A stretch of 8,176 bases of DNA from Amoeboradix gromovi X-113 (lineage: Eukaryota; Fungi; Sanchytriomycota). Location of the stretch: contig JADGIF010000458.1 in assembly GCA_018985225.1 (NCBI GenBank), positions 1 through 8,176 of the forward strand, given 5' to 3'. Of the stretch, positions 7,877-8,176 are shown one piece after another; position 1 is the first letter of the stretch; each line of letters opens with the position of its first letter. The position numbers and the translations under genes were made by a program. The notes under the pieces are model-generated. The model saw only the letters and a list, made by a program, of their open reading frames with translations, was not told where the DNA came from and did no database searches.

Positions 7877-8009
7877 CTACTCGTTAAAAGTCCTGATTTC
7901 CAAGAAAATCGAGAATTTCCACAGAGATACTAGCAGTGCTAGATGCTCCTTTGCAGTGATTGCTCATTCTTGCACTACCCTAAGGCGGGATTGAATAAGG
8001 ATATATATA
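7877..8009 (-). mobile_element. Fanzor2 element right end / putative omegaRNA scaffold (copy D)
   Basis: CTACTCGTTAAAAGTCCTGATTTCC...GATTGCTCATTCTTGCACTACCCTAAGGCGGGATTGAATAAGGATA aligns with 4400-4532 and with the reverse complement of 1-102. Similarity ends at 7877. Confidence 0.85.
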
Positions 8010-8027
8010 GGACACCAAATATAAAAA

Positions 8028-8176
8028 CTAGACTAACTCGTTTTTAAAGGAGGTGCACCATACGCAGGAAATGCTATCATTAATAAAAGATCTTCTTCTA
8101 TTATACCAAGATTCTCTCATTAATTGTATTCCACTTTTTAAAATAAAACTAGAAGACCCTGCATCTCGTTCAAACA
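8028..8176 (-). CDS. Possible 3' end of an ORF entering from the right edge (FERDAGSSSFILKSGIQLMRESWYNRRRSFINDSISCVWCTSFKNELV*)
   Basis: 48 sense codons are open from the window edge to TAG at 8030-8028. This is short enough to be chance. Confidence 0.25.
   Translation of the reverse strand, partial: FERDAGSSSFILKSGIQLMRESWYNRRRSFINDSISCVWCTSFKNELV

Noticed and set aside
1-8009. Repeats read as a CRISPR array, or as TIRs of one large element (A inverted relative to C and D)
   Set aside because: The copies are dispersed, irregularly spaced and on both strands. A and C/D point their termini inward and each is a right end tied to Fanzor 3' sequence, so they are independent insertions.

Overview
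An AT-rich, gene-dense eukaryotic window, probably fungal or fungus-like (Tup1 homologue, tRNA-Thr(AGT), a 19-nt GT-AG intron). Host genes are an NmrA/isoflavone-reductase-like SDR (539-1387), a Tup1-like WD40 corepressor (2096-3674, two exons), a tRNA-Thr and three unassigned ORFs. The intergenic spaces hold five copies of the right end of one IS607-like/Fanzor2 (eukaryotic TnpB) element: 1-102 (+), ~127-401 (+), 1557-1654 (-), 4400-~4851 (-) and 7877-8009 (-). All end at the same boundary, GA(C/A)TTTT(A/G)A(C/T)(G/C)AG(G/T)A(G/C), and then diverge into unrelated sequence. That is the layout expected for an omegaRNA scaffold followed by a variable guide. The longest copy is an internal-deletion derivative that fuses an IS607 TnpA-like N-terminal HTH in frame to the Fanzor Zn-finger/RuvC C-terminus. 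No intact Fanzor ORF is in the window. All alignments and folds were done by eye.
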